A program made the translations under genes and the position numbers. From a virus, in IMG/VR virus record IMGVR_UViG_3300024265_000064: a stretch of DNA of 52,703 bases. The stretch is one strand, 5' to 3'. Under the pieces are notes generated by a model that was not told where the DNA came from, made no database searches, and saw only the letters and a program-made list of their open reading frames with translations. Positions 31,874 through 42,781 of the stretch are shown in pieces (position 1 is the stretch's first letter; every line of letters begins with the position of its first letter).

Positions 31874-34800
31874 ATGAAGAAACTCCTCTTTAAAGGACCA
31901 GTTACAACAGCATCCGGATATGGTGTCCATGCTAGGCAGATTCTAAAAGCGCTGGTTGCCAGTGGTGTCTATGATATCAGCGTAAAAGCTATAAGTTGGG
32001 GTAATACGTCGATGATCCATGACGGTTCTCTCTTCTTCGATAAAATCTATGAGCTTGCTTCAAAATTTGGCAGTGAGCACGAAAAAGGCGGAGTTGAATA
32101 TGATCTGTCAGTTCAGGTTACGATTCCGAATGAATTTGAAAAGCTAGCTAAGTGCAATATCGGTATCACTGCAGGTATCGAAGTGAACGCATGTTCTCCT
32201 GAATGGATCGTTAAAGCAAATGAGATGGTGGATGCCTTATTCGTTCCATCAATGCATTCGAAGCAGGTCTTTGAACAGACGGGATTTCAAGATCAAGCAG
32301 GAAATACGCTTAGCTTGAATAAGCCGGCATTTCTTGCACACGAGGGATTCAATCCCAAGTATTTTAATACAGATGAAGTCAATGAGTCGTTCAACGATTT
32401 CGAATGTGATTTCAATTTTCTTTTCGTTGGGCTCGGTATAAGTGGGAAATTTGACGAAGAAAGAAAGAATACGTCAAATCTCATTAAGTGGTTTTGTGAA
32501 GCATTCAAAGACCGTAAAGATGTCGGTCTTGTAATGAAAACAGCGATTGTTAATAATTCGCTTGCAGATTTTAGAAATACAAAATATCTAATTGAACAGA
32601 TTAAGAAATCAACTGATTGTGGGAAATATCCGCGTATCGAATTGATACACGGTCGTCTCTCAGATGAAGAGATGGCACTACTCTACAAGAACCCGAAAGT
32701 TAAAGCTTTCGTTAGTCTGACACACGGCGAAGGGTACGGACTGCCACTACTTGAAGCTGCAGCTTGTGGTCTACCAGTAATTGCTACAAATTGGTCAGGA
32801 CATCTTGATTTTCTTAATATTCCTGATGTAAAGACGTCATTCGTAAAACTTGACTTCGATCTGACACCTGTTCCAGATTCTGCAGTATGGAAGGGTGTAA
32901 TTGAAAAGGGAACGCAATGGGCATCAGTTAAGGAAGAAGATGTCAAGTTTAAGCTACGAAAAGTAGTTGATAGCTATGACAAACCAAAAGAGTGGGCAGA
33001 AAGTCTCGCAAAGCATGTACATGAGAACTTCACTGAAGGTAAAGTGATGTCTCAGCTCGTTAATGACATCACACGCGTTTCACATATGCATCGCCAAGTG
33101 AATCCAACATCTGTAAACGAAGTCATTAGCACACTTAAGTCGAGTTTCGATAAAGAAGATTCTGGCTTGAAACTTCTTTATACAATGCCAATATCTGCCG
33201 GTGATGTATACATTTCAACTGCAGTTGTTAATTCGCTGAAGAAGAAATTCCCAGAGCATAAGATTTTCTTTGCGACAAGCCAAGAGTATACATCAATTCT
33301 GAAAGATAACACTGATATACACAAAGTCTTGCAGCATCAGGACTGGATGAATAATGTTCCATTGCTTGAGCAAGTATTTGATGAGGTTTATACGCCGAAC
33401 CTTGCTGTCCAGATGACATTCTCAAACTGGGTACATGGTGGAAAAGGTCGTCTGCTTGCAAATGAAATTGCAAATCAGTGTAATGTAGAGCTCGGTGATT
33501 ATTTCATTAAGACAGAGGAGATTTCTACTCCAGAAAACTATATTGTCTTCAATCCTGGTTCCGGTGAGGGACAGTGGGAAGCACGGAACTATCTGCACTG
33601 GCAGGAGATCATCAATAATCTTATTAGAGAGCTAGGTGATGAAACACAGATTGTTCAAGTAGGACTGAAAGACGATCCATTGTATGCAGGCTGCACTGAT
33701 TTTAGAGGGAAAACAGAGAACTTTAATCAACTCGCACATGTGATTAGCAAGTCAAAACTCGTTCTCGGCATCGATAGCGTCACGATGCACATGGCGGCAG
33801 GTCTCAGTGTCGATCACGTAGCGCTCTTCGGTAGTTCATATCCAACATCAACAGGTCCAGTAGTTTCATTAATTGACGTATCAGACAATGGATTTGTAGA
33901 GTTTGGAAAAAAATCGTGTAAAAGTGTTCTTCTAGAGACATCAAGTCGCTATACATGTGACAAAGCATGCTATAAATATCAGTGTGAAGTTGACAAAGAC
34001 TATCCTTGTATCAACGAGATAATGCCAGAAAATGTTTTTCGCTCAACGTTAAGACTTCTCTATCCAGATAGAGATCAAAAGAATTTTCTTAAAAACTATG
34101 AAGAATATAATCCAAAGATCTCAGGATACACACATGTCTATAATGCAGAAGGCGGAGAGTATCCATTCGTAGAGTCAATCAAGTCGATGCTTGGATTCTG
34201 TGATGAGGTAATCGTCGTTGATGGTGGTTCAGACGATGGGACAGTAGAGAAAATAAATGCCATCGGAGACAAACGGATTAAAGTCATTGAGCGTAAGTGG
34301 GATTGGGATGAGCCAGGCATGGACGGCATGCAGAAAGCATATGGTCGTGCTATGTGCACTGGAGATTTCCTCTGGCAGCAAGATGTAGATGAAGTTGTCC
34401 ATGAGGAAGATTACGATAAGATTAGAAAGCTTTCAAAGAGATTCCCGAAAGATGTAAACTTACTTCATCTTCCAGTTATTGAACTATGGGGTGAGCCAGA
34501 TTGTGTTCGAACAGACCGCCACTCATGGAAATGGCGATTCTCAAGAAATGACTTTAGGATTACTCATGGTATCACTAAACACGCAAGATTGATTGATGAG
34601 AAGACTGGTAAGGTCTATGCGAAGCGTGGCCAATCTGACGGTTGCGAATATATCGACATCATGACGAATGAATATATTCCCCACAAGGGATTTTATACGA
34701 ACGAGATCGATCAAGTAAGACAACAGGATCCTGCTAGATACGGTGAACTAATGAACAAAGCATTCAGTGAATTGCCGTGTGTCTATCATTATTCATGGGC

Positions 34801-35038
34801 GAATATTCCAAGAAAGATTAAGAACTTTAAACAAACATGGGATGCTATGTGGTCTAATCTCTACCGCGAGCAGGAGCCAGAAGATAGATTTCCTGATGTA
34901 AAGGATGAGAATGATAAAGAAAACATACAGAGAGTTGCTGAAGCTCTTAAAACTCAGGGTGGGGAACACGACGTTGCTAAAACGTTCAGGTTGGATCGTA
35001 CAAATCCGACCGTGATGGGAGATTGGCTTGCTGACTGA
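31874..35038 (+). CDS. multidomain glycosyltransferase (1054 aa): N-terminal GT1-like plus C-terminal GT2-like
   Basis: EGYGLPLLEAAACGLPVIATNW (GT1) and VVDGGSDDGT DxD-type GT2 motif. Confidence 0.65.
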   Translation: MKKLLFKGPVTTASGYGVHARQILKALVASGVYDISVKAISWGNTSMIHDGSLFFDKIYELASKFGSEHEKGGVEYDLSVQVTIPNEFEKLAKCNIGITAGIEVNACSPEWIVKANEMVDALFVPSMHSKQVFEQTGFQDQAGNTLSLNKPAFLAHEGFNPKYFNTDEVNESFNDFECDFNFLFVGLGISGKFDEERKNTSNLIKWFCEAFKDRKDVGLVMKTAIVNNSLADFRNTKYLIEQIKKSTDCGKYPRIELIHGRLSDEEMALLYKNPKVKAFVSLTHGEGYGLPLLEAAACGLPVIATNWSGHLDFLNIPDVKTSFVKLDFDLTPVPDSAVWKGVIEKGTQWASVKEEDVKFKLRKVVDSYDKPKEWAESLAKHVHENFTEGKVMSQLVNDITRVSHMHRQVNPTSVNEVISTLKSSFDKEDSGLKLLYTMPISAGDVYISTAVVNSLKKKFPEHKIFFATSQEYTSILKDNTDIHKVLQHQDWMNNVPLLEQVFDEVYTPNLAVQMTFSNWVHGGKGRLLANEIANQCNVELGDYFIKTEEISTPENYIVFNPGSGEGQWEARNYLHWQEIINNLIRELGDETQIVQVGLKDDPLYAGCTDFRGKTENFNQLAHVISKSKLVLGIDSVTMHMAAGLSVDHVALFGSSYPTSTGPVVSLIDVSDNGFVEFGKKSCKSVLLETSSRYTCDKACYKYQCEVDKDYPCINEIMPENVFRSTLRLLYPDRDQKNFLKNYEEYNPKISGYTHVYNAEGGEYPFVESIKSMLGFCDEVIVVDGGSDDGTVEKINAIGDKRIKVIERKWDWDEPGMDGMQKAYGRAMCTGDFLWQQDVDEVVHEEDYDKIRKLSKRFPKDVNLLHLPVIELWGEPDCVRTDRHSWKWRFSRNDFRITHGITKHARLIDEKTGKVYAKRGQSDGCEYIDIMTNEYIPHKGFYTNEIDQVRQQDPARYGELMNKAFSELPCVYHYSWANIPRKIKNFKQTWDAMWSNLYREQEPEDRFPDVKDENDKENIQRVAEALKTQGGEHDVAKTFRLDRTNPTVMGDWLAD

Positions 35039-35828
35039 CATATTCATAACTTATAAAAATAGAGATGATCTTTTTGAAAGATCTTACTCATCTTTTATGG
35101 AAAACACAGATCCATCGTTATATCGTTTAACGGTTATTTGTGATGGATATGATATACCAGACTTTGTTAAAGACTGTGATCATATATTGTGGCACGCAGA
35201 TAATCTTGGTCTTGGTCCGTCGATAAATCAGGCTCTTGCTCACATTGATGCGTTGAATAAATATTACGAATCTTCACCTGATCCTGCTGATTGTAACGAA
35301 GTGACCGAATTTGTTTGCTACTGTCAGGACGATCTGCTATACTCTCCCGGTTGGCTCGAGACGCTAGCAAAGTTCTTCTTATTGTTCGAGCGACAAAAGA
35401 ATCTCGGTTTTGCATCTGGTGTAGAATGTATAGAACATGAGATGAAAGAGGTAGTGGGAGAATTTCAAGGAACAAAACTCATCACGAAAGATTGGATTCG
35501 TGCAGCACAAGTATTTGGTCGACGTGATTATTGGATGAGTATGTTTCCAATTCCTGCATTTGATCCTGAGACAGGTAGAAAGCGCGCTAAACCGAACGAC
35601 GGGATGGGATCGGGTGTCGACTGGCATTTTATACGAAACCATGAGAATTCCGTGTGCAAGTCAGGAAAAACGTGTTTAGTTCTACCTGGTCTCGTAAAAC
35701 ATATGGGATACGATCAATCAACGTGGTTAGATCGTGAAATGCCAGAGTCTAATGAAGATAAGCGTGCCATCCGATGGAACGACATAACCAAAAGCAAAGC
35801 TGTGATTAAGGACATTAATGACTGGTAG
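35028..35828 (+). CDS. hypothetical sugar-modifying enzyme (start TTG 35028 or ATG 35095)
   Basis: ORF inside the glycosyltransferase island. Confidence 0.4.
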   Translation: MLTDIFITYKNRDDLFERSYSSFMENTDPSLYRLTVICDGYDIPDFVKDCDHILWHADNLGLGPSINQALAHIDALNKYYESSPDPADCNEVTEFVCYCQDDLLYSPGWLETLAKFFLLFERQKNLGFASGVECIEHEMKEVVGEFQGTKLITKDWIRAAQVFGRRDYWMSMFPIPAFDPETGRKRAKPNDGMGSGVDWHFIRNHENSVCKSGKTCLVLPGLVKHMGYDQSTWLDREMPESNEDKRAIRWNDITKSKAVIKDINDW

Positions 35829-36870
35829 ATTAGTTACAATTTCATTTACTTCATTAGATTCTCCTGGTGGTGTTCCACGATGGTGTCGAGATTTTGCTAG
35901 TTGTTTTCCTGAGACAAAACACTATTGCTGGCAGGACTGCCCACTTAGCAAATTCAATGAGCCGATGGCTGAGTGGGATCGAGCGGCTGTCTTGAATGCC
36001 TGGCTTAGGAAGTTTGGTAAAGTAGACAAAGATGACATCTTCATCGTAGATGGATTCTGGGGCCAGGGCCTCGAGGATTTCCCAAATGTTATCTCAGTGT
36101 GCCATGGTATCTGGTCGCATCTCATAAAAGAAGAGGCCGACGCTGGCAAGAAACCTGACTTCCCTCTTAATCACGCGATGCAAGTGGGATACAGGAAGGG
36201 ACATTTAAAACGAGGCGGAAAGCTCGTCGCTGTATCTCAGTTCATCCAGCACCAGATGCAGATCCAGTGGGGATTCGAGTCTGAAGTAATCAATAATGCT
36301 ATTGATCTTGAGAAATATACTCCATCAGATGAACCACACTATTTAGGAAAACCATTCATTATACATGGTATAAATGATCGTGGGAATAAAAACAAAGGAT
36401 GGGAACATATTGAATATCTTAAAGAGAATTTAGATGCTGTCATTTTATCTCTTGATGAAGCATCCGGTCATCTTGATCAAGAAGATAAGCATAAAGTTTT
36501 AGCAATGGCAGATCTCGTCGTCATCCCGTCAGCATATGAAGGAAATTCATATTTTGCATTAGAAACGTTGGCATGTGATGTCCCAGTGGTGACATATAAT
36601 GTTGGATTATTCTATGAGCTAAGTAAACGAGATCATGATCATCCCTTTTGGCCAGCAAGATATGACGTTGGTTATATAATGCCAAGAATCTGTAGAAGTA
36701 AAGAGATGACATTGGAGTATGTAAAGTTAGCATTGGAAGGTTTAAAAGATTTTCCACATTCTAATTCTCCACGTTATGTTGCAAAAACCTATCAAGTGTA
36801 TAATTTCCATGCACACTGGAGAGCCTATTTGAATAGGGAGTTTGGATATGAGTCTTCGAGTCAGAGTTGA
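35818..36870 (+). CDS. glycosyltransferase family 1-like
   Basis: VVIPSAYEGNSYFALETLACDVPVV. Confidence 0.6.
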   Translation: MTGRLVTISFTSLDSPGGVPRWCRDFASCFPETKHYCWQDCPLSKFNEPMAEWDRAAVLNAWLRKFGKVDKDDIFIVDGFWGQGLEDFPNVISVCHGIWSHLIKEEADAGKKPDFPLNHAMQVGYRKGHLKRGGKLVAVSQFIQHQMQIQWGFESEVINNAIDLEKYTPSDEPHYLGKPFIIHGINDRGNKNKGWEHIEYLKENLDAVILSLDEASGHLDQEDKHKVLAMADLVVIPSAYEGNSYFALETLACDVPVVTYNVGLFYELSKRDHDHPFWPARYDVGYIMPRICRSKEMTLEYVKLALEGLKDFPHSNSPRYVAKTYQVYNFHAHWRAYLNREFGYESSSQS

Positions 36871-37495
36871 TGATTTTCCTGGAACGAAACCAGAAGAGTT
36901 CTTTAAGCACAATCTTGAGAACTTCAAGCGTTTTAATGACATCTTCTGGAATCGTGACATTTCATATGTCTTGGGTGTAATCCCAGGATATACAACTCCC
37001 AGAGATCTACAATGGCTTGCAGAGCAGGACCATATCACCATCGCCATGCACGGTGTGGTCCATAACGAGAGCCACCCAGACGAATTCAGAGACCACACAT
37101 ATCAAGATATAGAGAACTCCTTACACCGCATGAAAGATGTCTTTGAGAGCTCTACAGGCGCAAGAGTGGTAGACTATATTCCACCACATAACACAGTCAA
37201 TGCAGACACAGTTCTTGCATTGTCTCGTCTAGGGTTCGAAAATATATACGGTGGTCCTGAGACAGATGATGAGATCAAGCGCTATATCACAATACAAGGG
37301 ATGAACTACATTCATTCTGAGCCGCCATTAGAATATGGTAGATCTGATGAGCTGATGGAACGAGGTTCTGTTGAATATCTGCTTGAGAATGCATCGAAGA
37401 AAGACATACATCTTGCTCTACATTGGACATGGGAACACAACATAGGGCTTGATAATCTTAGAAACTATCTGGATCGACTCAAGAATCTTTTTTAA
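36848..37495 (+). CDS. putative polysaccharide deacetylase-like hydrolase
   Basis: HGVVHNESHPDEF His cluster; weak call. Confidence 0.35.
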   Translation: MSLRVRVDDFPGTKPEEFFKHNLENFKRFNDIFWNRDISYVLGVIPGYTTPRDLQWLAEQDHITIAMHGVVHNESHPDEFRDHTYQDIENSLHRMKDVFESSTGARVVDYIPPHNTVNADTVLALSRLGFENIYGGPETDDEIKRYITIQGMNYIHSEPPLEYGRSDELMERGSVEYLLENASKKDIHLALHWTWEHNIGLDNLRNYLDRLKNLF

Positions 37496-39030
37496 TGGAA
37501 ACTATCTGTTTAGTCATACCTCCTTCTCTCTTTCTTCTTGACGAAAGAGTGTTTCCATCACTTGGCATTCTCAAAGTTGCAGCATCATTGGAGGAACGTG
37601 GATGGCCAGTGGAAGTATTGGACTTGAGTGGGATAGAAAACTATCTGGAAGTTCTGACTATACATGCAAAGGATTCAAAAGCTACTATATGGGGATTTAC
37701 GTCGACTACCCCACAGATGCCTGCGACTGCGAAGCTTGTAGATACTCTAAGGGTGGAAAGGCCGGACGCTGCTGTCATTATTGGAGGTCCCCATCCGACG
37801 TTGATAAATGCTGCAAGAAAGAAGGAAGAAAAGTCACGTACGAATGGACGAGCACATCGAGCATTCAGTGACTTAACGTGGATGTTTGACATAATTGTTG
37901 CAGGAGATGGTGAAGATGCGATTTTTGAAGCTTTGGATCTATGTGGTAAAAGCAAAGGGTTGGTTGACGGGGATGATCCAAAAAGCCCTCTCTTTCTTAC
38001 GAATAAGAGATTAGGTGAGCTGCCGCCACCAGCTAGACATCTAATAGATTTAGACACATACAAATATATGATCGAAGGATTTAGCGCAACGAGCCTAATC
38101 GCTCAACTTGGTTGCCCATTTCAGTGTGGGTTTTGTGGAGGTAGAGAATCTCCAATGCTTAGACGAATTCGAATGCGCTCGATTCAGAGTATTATTGATG
38201 AGATGACATTTCTTCATGAGCAATATGGCTATACGGGATTCATGTTCTATGATGATGAGCTAAACGTAAATAAGAAGATGGTGGAGCTAATGAATGAGAT
38301 CTCCAATCTTCAGGATCGTCTTGGCATCGAATTTAGATTAAGGGGATTTGCTAAAGCAGAGCTTCTTACTGAAGAACAAGCTAAGTCAATGTACAGAGCT
38401 GGATTTAGACAATTACTCACTGGTTTTGAATCTGGTTCCCCACAAATACTTGAAAACATCAATAAAAGAGCAACTCGTGATGATAATACTCGTGCTGTTG
38501 AGATAGCAAAGAAGTATGGATTGAAAGTCAAGGCTCTCATGTCAATTGGTCATCCAGGCGAATCATATGAGACAATTGAAGAGACAAAACAGTGGCTTCT
38601 AGACATGGAACCAGATGACTTTGACTGTACGATTATCACGACATATCCTGGCTGCCCTTACTATGATGAAGCAGTAGAGACAAAACCTGGAATATGGACT
38701 TATACATATGAGAAGACAGGCGATAGACTTCATGCTATCGAACTGAACTACAACGAGACCGCTGACTACTACAAAGGCGATCCTAATCTAGACGGCGGCT
38801 ACCAAGCATATGTATATACAGATTATATATTTTCAAATGACCTTGTAACTGCAAGAGATGACCTTGAACGTTACGTTAGGAATAAACTTGAAATTCCATT
38901 TAATCAATCTACTGAATCAATATGTTTTGATCATTCAATGGGTCAAGGTTCATTACCTTCAAGTATCCTTAGAGTATCTCAAAACAAACGAGTTTCCAAA
39001 ATGCCTAATCTATTACCTGTGATTGAGTAG
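37495..39030 (+). CDS. B12-binding-domain radical SAM enzyme
   Basis: CPFQCGFCGG (Cx3Cx2C) after an N-terminal Rossmann-like B12-binding region. Confidence 0.75.
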   Translation: METICLVIPPSLFLLDERVFPSLGILKVAASLEERGWPVEVLDLSGIENYLEVLTIHAKDSKATIWGFTSTTPQMPATAKLVDTLRVERPDAAVIIGGPHPTLINAARKKEEKSRTNGRAHRAFSDLTWMFDIIVAGDGEDAIFEALDLCGKSKGLVDGDDPKSPLFLTNKRLGELPPPARHLIDLDTYKYMIEGFSATSLIAQLGCPFQCGFCGGRESPMLRRIRMRSIQSIIDEMTFLHEQYGYTGFMFYDDELNVNKKMVELMNEISNLQDRLGIEFRLRGFAKAELLTEEQAKSMYRAGFRQLLTGFESGSPQILENINKRATRDDNTRAVEIAKKYGLKVKALMSIGHPGESYETIEETKQWLLDMEPDDFDCTIITTYPGCPYYDEAVETKPGIWTYTYEKTGDRLHAIELNYNETADYYKGDPNLDGGYQAYVYTDYIFSNDLVTARDDLERYVRNKLEIPFNQSTESICFDHSMGQGSLPSSILRVSQNKRVSKMPNLLPVIE

Positions 39031-39085
39031 CTATAAGGTGAAAAAACACATTATAATTTCTCCTCGTGAGGGAAGTGATTTCTCC

Positions 39086-40063
39086 ATGGATCTCATTTTT
39101 GCCGGTCTTGTCAGGAGGTTTGGTAAGGAGAATGTAATCGATTGGCCACCAAGAGCTAAGCATCGTGAAGGAAAGCCAGAGCTCATTGGGCATGACGAAC
39201 AGGACTACGGAGCCGAACGCAGATCTCTATGTTATGTAGAGGGTTGTGGAGACATGAAAGAATGGTCACGTTCTGAAATAATAACAGAGATCTTTTCGCA
39301 CAATGTAGACGCTGTTTTCTTAGATGAGACAAATGAGTCGGCAGTGTATTGGCATGAGCTCTTTGCTCTGTATTCAGGAGTTGTAAGAACGGTTGTAATA
39401 GCAGGACATGATAGCTTTAGAGGATTGCCTAGAGGAGTTTTAGCTAGTTTTGGTCCCAATACAACAATGTTTGTAGATGATTGGAAGTCTGAGTATGACG
39501 AGTTAGAGAATACATACCTTACAAACCTCTCATGTAATTTCGATCACTTGTGGGATGTGGAGAACAGAGATAAGTATTTAGCAGACAAGAAATATGACAT
39601 TTGTTTCATCGGCTATAATAGCAACCCAGCGCGGAAAGTGGTGATAGACCATGTAAAGAAGAAGTGGGGACATCTCAACAACTGTATTGTATTTGAAGAA
39701 CGACCGGACATGTATGATGCTTTTGTACGACATGATGAGATGTTTCGTCTCATCGCCCAAAGCAAAATATGTCTTAATTTGCCCGGAGCATCAACAAATG
39801 GAAGGGCTCTTCGATACTACGAGATTCCATATGTTGGATCACTTATGGTGTCAATGAGAACGCTTGCTACTGACCTTGCTATGGCTCCAGCGATGGGGTT
39901 TTGTTTTGAGTCGTTGGAAGAACTGGACAAACTCATTCAGCAACGTCTTGACGATAATGGATATTGTGAAGATGTCGCCTGCCTTGACCATTATGGATGT
40001 ATGGAATCGCACACCATCGACGCTAGGATGAACTACATATTCGAGGTTTTAAACAATGGTTGA
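39086..40063 (+). CDS. putative glycosyltransferase (CgeB/DUF3880-like); start uncertain (TTG 39023 possible)
   Basis: SD GAGGGAAG before ATG 39086; C-terminal GT-B-like region. Confidence 0.4.
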   Translation: MDLIFAGLVRRFGKENVIDWPPRAKHREGKPELIGHDEQDYGAERRSLCYVEGCGDMKEWSRSEIITEIFSHNVDAVFLDETNESAVYWHELFALYSGVVRTVVIAGHDSFRGLPRGVLASFGPNTTMFVDDWKSEYDELENTYLTNLSCNFDHLWDVENRDKYLADKKYDICFIGYNSNPARKVVIDHVKKKWGHLNNCIVFEERPDMYDAFVRHDEMFRLIAQSKICLNLPGASTNGRALRYYEIPYVGSLMVSMRTLATDLAMAPAMGFCFESLEELDKLIQQRLDDNGYCEDVACLDHYGCMESHTIDARMNYIFEVLNNG

Positions 40064-40676
40064 TTATATTAAATTTATTGCAAAGAGAAAGAAACCTGGA
40101 GCTCTTTCTAGATCTCTTATTCCAATAGGAAAAATTTCAAGTATGCTTCAATTGTTAAATGATGTGACGTCAATTGAAGGTGACGTTGCAGAATGTGGAG
40201 TATACAGAGGTGGTTCTGCATATTTTATTTGTGAATTTCTTGAATCTGTAGAGTCAAATAAGAGAATACATTTGTTTGACACTTTTACCGGCATACCATA
40301 TTCTTCTTTAGATAAAAGTGATTCTCATAAAGTTGGAGATTTTTCTACTGTAGACCTTACAGATGTTAAGTCTCATCTCCAAGATCATAACGATAAGATA
40401 GACTATCATGCTGGTGAATTTCCTAGTACATTTAATAACTTAGATATAAGTAAGAAATTTTCATTTATCCATGTTGATTGTGATGTATATGATAGTGTAT
40501 TATCATGCTGTGAGTTTTTCTACGATAGAATGAATTCAGGTGGTATAATTCTTTTTGATGATACAAATTCACCATCATGCCGAGGTGCACTTCGTGCCCT
40601 TAATGACTTTGTCAAACATGCAGGTATAGAATATCTTAGAATTAATAATGACAATCATTATATTGTTAAAGAATAA
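40056..40676 (+). CDS. TylF/MycF-family O-methyltransferase (Methyltransf_24-like)
   Basis: ECGVYRGGS...FDTFTGIP...IHVDCDVYDS pattern. Confidence 0.7.
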   Translation: MVDYIKFIAKRKKPGALSRSLIPIGKISSMLQLLNDVTSIEGDVAECGVYRGGSAYFICEFLESVESNKRIHLFDTFTGIPYSSLDKSDSHKVGDFSTVDLTDVKSHLQDHNDKIDYHAGEFPSTFNNLDISKKFSFIHVDCDVYDSVLSCCEFFYDRMNSGGIILFDDTNSPSCRGALRALNDFVKHAGIEYLRINNDNHYIVKE

Positions 40677-42163
40677 TGAAGATACTCGTAGGTAAAACAT
40701 TCGGGTTGGGAAATGCTGTCATGTGTATTCCAATGCTCAAGGCACTTCGCTCATTAAAACCTGAACGTCTCGATGTAATGATAGGTGATACGCCTGATGA
40801 TTTTGGTGCTTATGATATTTTTAAATATTTGCTTAAAAATGGCATCATAGACAGTATCAACATCAACGTCTCTAGGGATTATGTCTATGATGTAGCCATA
40901 ATGTCTATACCATTCGATGGAAGATGGAGAAATCAAGAACATTACAGAGCATATAGGGTCATGGACAGTAGAACAAGACCTGATCCATCTACTACTGGAT
41001 TTATTTCATGGAAGAAACATGAAATAGAGTATCAGATGGATAATGCTCGTGAACTTGGATATAAAGATAAAGTTCCAGATTGTTCTTTTTATGGTGATGT
41101 AGATAGTAATAATTTCGATATTTATATTGGCGTAGGATATAAGAAAGATGCTGCGGGTTTTTGGAAGAAGAAACATTGGGGCAACGAAAAGTTTGCAGAG
41201 CTAATAACACTTTTATTGGATGATAATGGTAATAAAGATCTTACTATATGGTCAACAGGAAATACGTTAGATTGGGGTTTATCACTCGGACCAATTCAAA
41301 GATTAGTATCGAATAATAGATTTAAACCTGATATTACAACTTTAGATAATGCTTTTAAGAAGTTAAGTACTTGTGGATTATATATTGGAAATGACACTGG
41401 TATAACGCATGTAGCCGCATCGATGGATATTCCATGTATCGTGGCAAATTTTATAGAATATTCAGCTGTAAAATCTCATCCATGGAACAGTCACAGTTGT
41501 AGTTGTACTATAACAAAAGATAGTGCCGAAGGTCTTTCAGTACAAGAGATGTTTTCACATGTAAAAAACTTTAAGGGTTATATTGAGAGATATATTGCAT
41601 TGGGTGAAACAAGTAAAGCTAAAACTAGAAGAGAAAAGAGCAATTTCTTTGATTTGTATTGTAAAGGTAAAGGGATTGATATAGGATGCGGACCAGATCC
41701 CATCTTGCCTGACTCTGAAAAATGGGATATTCTTCTTGGACATGGGGATGCAACTTTAATGGAAGGTGTCGAAGATGAAACATATGACTATGTTCATTCT
41801 AGTCACTGTATAGAACATACCACTAGTCCTATTCTTTGTCTAAAGAATTGGTTTAGAATCTTAAAGAAAGATGGTTATCTTTCAATACTCATGCCCCACA
41901 GGGATTTGTATGAACAGCAAAAAACACTGCCTTCTAAGTTTAATCATGACCACAAGGTTTTCTTTTTACCGAATGAACATGAACTACCAGATACATTAGG
42001 TTTTAGACAACTTGTTGACGAAATACTTGAAGAAGGCTCTTATGAGATCATTTATATAAACACGTGTGATGCTGGCTATCATGGCGTTCCAAAAATGCCA
42101 GATGGACATGCACCGTTGGATTCAGAATATTCAATAGAAGTTGTTATTAAGAAATTAAAGTGA
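40676..42163 (+). CDS. bifunctional GT9 heptosyltransferase-like / class I SAM methyltransferase
   Basis: GLYIGNDTGITHVAASMDIPCIVA (GT9 GNDSGPMHLAAA-like) and IDIGCGPD...LKKDGYL methyltransferase motifs. Confidence 0.65.
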   Translation: MKILVGKTFGLGNAVMCIPMLKALRSLKPERLDVMIGDTPDDFGAYDIFKYLLKNGIIDSININVSRDYVYDVAIMSIPFDGRWRNQEHYRAYRVMDSRTRPDPSTTGFISWKKHEIEYQMDNARELGYKDKVPDCSFYGDVDSNNFDIYIGVGYKKDAAGFWKKKHWGNEKFAELITLLLDDNGNKDLTIWSTGNTLDWGLSLGPIQRLVSNNRFKPDITTLDNAFKKLSTCGLYIGNDTGITHVAASMDIPCIVANFIEYSAVKSHPWNSHSCSCTITKDSAEGLSVQEMFSHVKNFKGYIERYIALGETSKAKTRREKSNFFDLYCKGKGIDIGCGPDPILPDSEKWDILLGHGDATLMEGVEDETYDYVHSSHCIEHTTSPILCLKNWFRILKKDGYLSILMPHRDLYEQQKTLPSKFNHDHKVFFLPNEHELPDTLGFRQLVDEILEEGSYEIIYINTCDAGYHGVPKMPDGHAPLDSEYSIEVVIKKLK

Positions 42164-42170
42164 TCACACG

Positions 42171-42545
42171 ATGGCAAAAGTAGAAAAAGTTACATGGGAT
42201 GACACATATCGTGCAAATCGCACTTGGGGATATGAAAAATGGGTCGAAAATCTTGATGACTACTGTGGAAAAATACTTGTTCTACAGAAAGATAAAAAAG
42301 GCTCAATGCATTATCACATGAAGAAACTCGAAACGATGTACTTGAGTTCAGGACGTGTTAATATTCGCTTTAGAGATCCTTCAAACGCAGAAGACTATGT
42401 CATAAATCTTCATGTAGGAGATAGTGTTAGAATACCACGTGGGCAACAACACCAAATTATCGCATTGATGGATTCGACGTTGATTGAGTTTAGCACGAAA
42501 CATGAAGAAGAAGATTCTTATAGAGTCGAGTTAGGATCAAGATGA
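42171..42545 (+). CDS. cupin-domain protein (sugar epimerase/isomerase-like)
   Basis: HYHMK...G...IPRGQQHQ two-His cupin motifs. Confidence 0.5.
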   Translation: MAKVEKVTWDDTYRANRTWGYEKWVENLDDYCGKILVLQKDKKGSMHYHMKKLETMYLSSGRVNIRFRDPSNAEDYVINLHVGDSVRIPRGQQHQIIALMDSTLIEFSTKHEEEDSYRVELGSR

Positions 42546-42781
42546 AATATTTTGAAGATAAAGCCGACAGATCAAAACCTAGTGGTACGACTTTAGAAAA
42601 GGTAGCTAATCAAGAAGATATTTCTAAAGTAGAAAACAGCTTGTTTGTAATGTATAGACATTCATATGAAGCAGATATTCCAACATTCGATTTAGACATT
42701 ATACACTATATTAGATTAGAGTCTCTACCAGAAGATTTAAGAAACCAAGTTCGCGAACACTTTGGATGGGATCCAAAATGA
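42542..42781 (+). CDS. hypothetical protein (79 aa)
   Basis: ATGA overlap with previous. Confidence 0.45.
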   Translation: MKYFEDKADRSKPSGTTLEKVANQEDISKVENSLFVMYRHSYEADIPTFDLDIIHYIRLESLPEDLRNQVREHFGWDPK